Shown here: positions 41,639 through 43,968 of the stretch, piece by piece | Layout: each line of letters opens with the position of its first letter | Numbering within the stretch: position 1 is the first letter of the stretch | Source: an uncultured Gammaproteobacteria bacterium | GTDB lineage: Bacteria > Patescibacteriota > Patescibacteriia > Patescibacteriales > UBA12075 | Direction of reading: 5' to 3' | DNA: 43,968 nt | NCBI GenBank assembly: GCA_964505405.1 | Contig: CAZDHZ010000002.1 | Coordinates: 1 to 43,968 of the forward strand | Position numbers and translations under genes: made by a program | Notes under the pieces: generated by a model | Databases searched by the model: none | Told to the model about the DNA's origin: nothing | The model's input: the letters and a program-made list of their open reading frames with translations, nothing else

Positions 41639-43363
41639 ATGCAAAAAAATTGGGAGATAAAATCTAAAATTAAAGACTCTAGTTTAAAAAAATATGCGGA
41701 TGTTAATCCGCTTATTTTGCAAATTCTTTTTAATCATGGAATAAATAATAAAGAGGAAATTTATGATTTTCTTGATGAAGTAGGAATGGTTCATGATCCT
41801 TTTTTATTTAAAGAAATGGATGATGCTATTAATCTTATTATAAGTCATCTTAAAAAGAAAAATAAAATAACAATTTATGGAGATTATGATGCGGACGGAG
41901 TTACTTCTTCGGCGGTATTATTTAATGTTTTAAATCTTTTTAAAGCGGAAGTAGAAGTTTATATACCTCATCGTGTTTATGAGGGCTATGGGCTTAATAA
42001 AAATGCCATTGAATCTTTAAGTAAAACTGGAACTAATTTAATAATTACTGTTGACGGAGGAATAAGAGGAAAAGAAGAAGTTAAAATAGCTAAAGATTTA
42101 GGAATGGACATAATTATTACTGATCATCACATCCCTCCAAGCTTGCAGGATGATTATCCAGATTGTATTATTATAAATCCATTAAGCAAAGGTGAAACAT
42201 ACCCTTTTAAATATTTAGCTGGAGTAGGTGTGGCGTTCAAATTAGCCTCTGCTCTTATTTCAAAGTCAAAATTAAATGATAAAGATAAACAAAAATTAAT
42301 TGAGCAACAACTTGATTTTGTGGCTGTCGGTACTATTGCGGATTGTGTAAAATTAAGAGGAGAAAATCGTTCTTTGGTTAAAAAAGGCCTAAAAGAACTT
42401 GATAAGGCTAAAAGACTAAGTTTAAAAGAATTAGCTAAAATTTCTGGTTTTAAGGAAAATTTAAAATACGACTCTTGGAATATTGGTTTTCAAATTGCTC
42501 CGCGTCTTAACGCTGTCGGACGTTTAGACCATGCAGAAACAGCTTTTAAATTATTGGTTGAAAATGATGAAAAAAAAATAAAAAAATTAGTTTTAAAATT
42601 AAACGAAAGAAACTCACAAAGGCAATCTTATACTCTAGAACTTCTTGATCATGTTGAAGATAGTTTGAAAAATCAAAAAAACAATTCAATTTTAATTGGC
42701 ATTTGCCCTTCTTCTAGAGAAAGTGAAAATAATTGGAATGAAGGCGTAATTGGACTTGTGGCTGGAAGACTAAGTTCTAAATATTATCGCCCAGCTCTTG
42801 TTCTAACTGAGACTGAAGATGGATTTAAAGGCTCAGGAAGAAGTATTTCAGAATTTAATTTAATTGAGGCTATAGAAAAATGTGCTCCCTTTTTAGAAAA
42901 ATATGGAGGGCATCCCATGGCTTGCGGTTTTAGTCTTCAGAAAAAAAATTTAGAAAAATTTTCTAAAAAAATTATAGAAATAAGTAATCAAGAAATAGAT
43001 ATTAAAACTTTTAAACCTAAAATAATTATTGATCAAGAAATGAACTTAGAAGATTTTGATTTAGAATTAATGGGAGAATTAGAAAAATTAAAACCTTTTG
43101 GACAAGAAAATGAAAAACCGATTTTTATGACTAAAAATTTATTGATACTTGATTTCGTAACAATGGGCGCGGATAATCAACACCTTAAATTAAGACTTAA
43201 ATCAGAAAAATCAAAAGTCATTAGTGCTCTTGCTTTTTCTCAGGCTGAAAAATGGCAAGATATTAAAATTGGTGATATAATTGACATGGCTTATTATGCG
43301 GAAATTAATAATTTTAATGGAAAAAGAGAAGTGCAGTTGAAAATTATTGACATAAAATCTTAA
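41639..43363 (+). CDS. recJ: Single-stranded-DNA-specific exonuclease RecJ
   Basis: DHH motifs (GDYDADGVTS, ITVDGG, ITDHH) and DHHA1 (GGHPMACG). ATG 41639 preferred over the upstream alternative start at 41555. Confidence 0.9.
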   Translation: MQKNWEIKSKIKDSSLKKYADVNPLILQILFNHGINNKEEIYDFLDEVGMVHDPFLFKEMDDAINLIISHLKKKNKITIYGDYDADGVTSSAVLFNVLNLFKAEVEVYIPHRVYEGYGLNKNAIESLSKTGTNLIITVDGGIRGKEEVKIAKDLGMDIIITDHHIPPSLQDDYPDCIIINPLSKGETYPFKYLAGVGVAFKLASALISKSKLNDKDKQKLIEQQLDFVAVGTIADCVKLRGENRSLVKKGLKELDKAKRLSLKELAKISGFKENLKYDSWNIGFQIAPRLNAVGRLDHAETAFKLLVENDEKKIKKLVLKLNERNSQRQSYTLELLDHVEDSLKNQKNNSILIGICPSSRESENNWNEGVIGLVAGRLSSKYYRPALVLTETEDGFKGSGRSISEFNLIEAIEKCAPFLEKYGGHPMACGFSLQKKNLEKFSKKIIEISNQEIDIKTFKPKIIIDQEMNLEDFDLELMGELEKLKPFGQENEKPIFMTKNLLILDFVTMGADNQHLKLRLKSEKSKVISALAFSQAEKWQDIKIGDIIDMAYYAEINNFNGKREVQLKIIDIKS

Positions 43364-43365
43364 TT

Positions 43366-43776
43366 ATGAAATATAAAAAACTTATTATTTATACCGATGG
43401 AGGTGCTCGGGGAAATCCCGGTCCAGCAGGATGCGGAGCAGTTATCTTTGATGAACATAAAAATATTATTGCGGAAATTTCTGAATTTATTGGCAAAGCC
43501 ACAAATAATCAAGCCGAATATCAGGCGGTTGTTTTTGCCATTAAAAAGGCACGAGAATTTACAGCAGAAATTTTAGATTTTTATTTAGATAGTGAGTTGG
43601 TTGTTAAGCAATTAAACCGAGAATACAAAGTTAAAAATAAAGAATTAGCTCTCTTGTTTGTGCAAATTTATAATGAAACTTTAAATTTTAAAAAAGTAAG
43701 CTTTTCTCATATAAGAAGAGAATTCAATAAAGAGGCGGATAAACTGGCTAATTTAGCTATGGATAGAGGAATTTAA
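43366..43776 (+). CDS. rnhA: RNase HI-family ribonuclease
   Basis: YTDGGARGNPGPAG, NNQAEYQA, LDSELV and NKEADKLAN give the DEDD catalytic pattern of type 1 RNase H. Confidence 0.85.
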   Translation: MKYKKLIIYTDGGARGNPGPAGCGAVIFDEHKNIIAEISEFIGKATNNQAEYQAVVFAIKKAREFTAEILDFYLDSELVVKQLNREYKVKNKELALLFVQIYNETLNFKKVSFSHIRREFNKEADKLANLAMDRGI

Positions 43777-43900
43777 TTTTTAATTTAAAATTTTGAATTT
43801 TGAATCAATTTTGAATGACTTAATTTTTAAGCATTAAAAATTCAAAATTAATTATTCAATCAAAATTCGAAATTTTAAATTCTAAAATTTAATATAAAAA
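43777..43900. repeat. AT-rich imperfect palindromic spacer element (AATTTTGAAT family)
   Basis: AATTTTGAATCAATTTTGAATGACTTAATTTTTAAGCATTAAAAATT... is related to 18380-18430. Confidence 0.45.
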
Positions 43901-43968
43901 ATATATATAAACCGAAACATCATGTTATCAATTTTTATAAATTTCTTTTTAGTAATCAGTCATAAAAT

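Noticed and set aside
1-43968. Alternative genetic code (UGA recoding as in some candidate phyla)
   Set aside because: All recognisable genes are full length with the standard code 11, and they end at TAA, TAG or TGA where homologs would be expected to end.

Overview
Strongly AT-rich, gene-dense bacterial window with about three dozen convincing genes. All but one large gene, plus one small candidate gene, lie on the + strand. Gene content suggests an uncultivated small-genome bacterium, possibly Patescibacteria/CPR-like; this is an inference, not a database result. Supporting features are short spacers, few Shine-Dalgarno motifs, a DUF4012-like protein, a lone PilT and many polytopic membrane proteins.

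Recognisable housekeeping genes: Clp/Hsp100 ATPase, queH, pilT, greA, CCA-adding enzyme, cyclophilin, mnmA, rpsB-tsf, PSP1/RicT-like, dnaX, lepA, recJ, RNase HI and tRNA-Gln(CUG).

Two envelope-related blocks stand out:
- 9989-15966 is a glycan cluster: Wzx-like flippase, GT4, GT2, DUF192 and an O-antigen-ligase-like protein.
- 25408-36710 holds two large polytopic proteins (one GT-C-like), a CDP-alcohol phosphatidyltransferase, a DUF4012-like protein translationally coupled to a VirD4/TraD-like ATPase, and an unknown 228-aa protein.

The most unusual signal is not a gene. It is a superfamily of GC-rich, nested-palindromic mosaic repeats that stand out against the AT-rich background.
- Two full MITE-like copies lie at 12654-12884 and 19351-19508.
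- A related family lies at 14296-14432 and 19240-19350.
- Fragments or half-units sit in-frame inside coding sequence: twice in the DUF4012-like gene, probably once in the GT4 gene, and at the 3' end of the VanZ-like gene. A separate palindrome family has a copy inside the GT-C gene.

Other notable items:
- A minimal GIY-YIG gene cassette is bracketed by 19-bp direct repeats equal to the 5' end of the adjacent tRNA-Gln.
- An NYN-domain gene is isolated between unusually long non-coding flanks, one of which carries a 20-bp tandem array closed by a GC-rich inverted repeat.
- Several very long perfect palindromes act as putative terminators.
- A recurring TAATTACAAAT motif follows stop codons.

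No CRISPR array, rRNA, transposase or integrase was seen.
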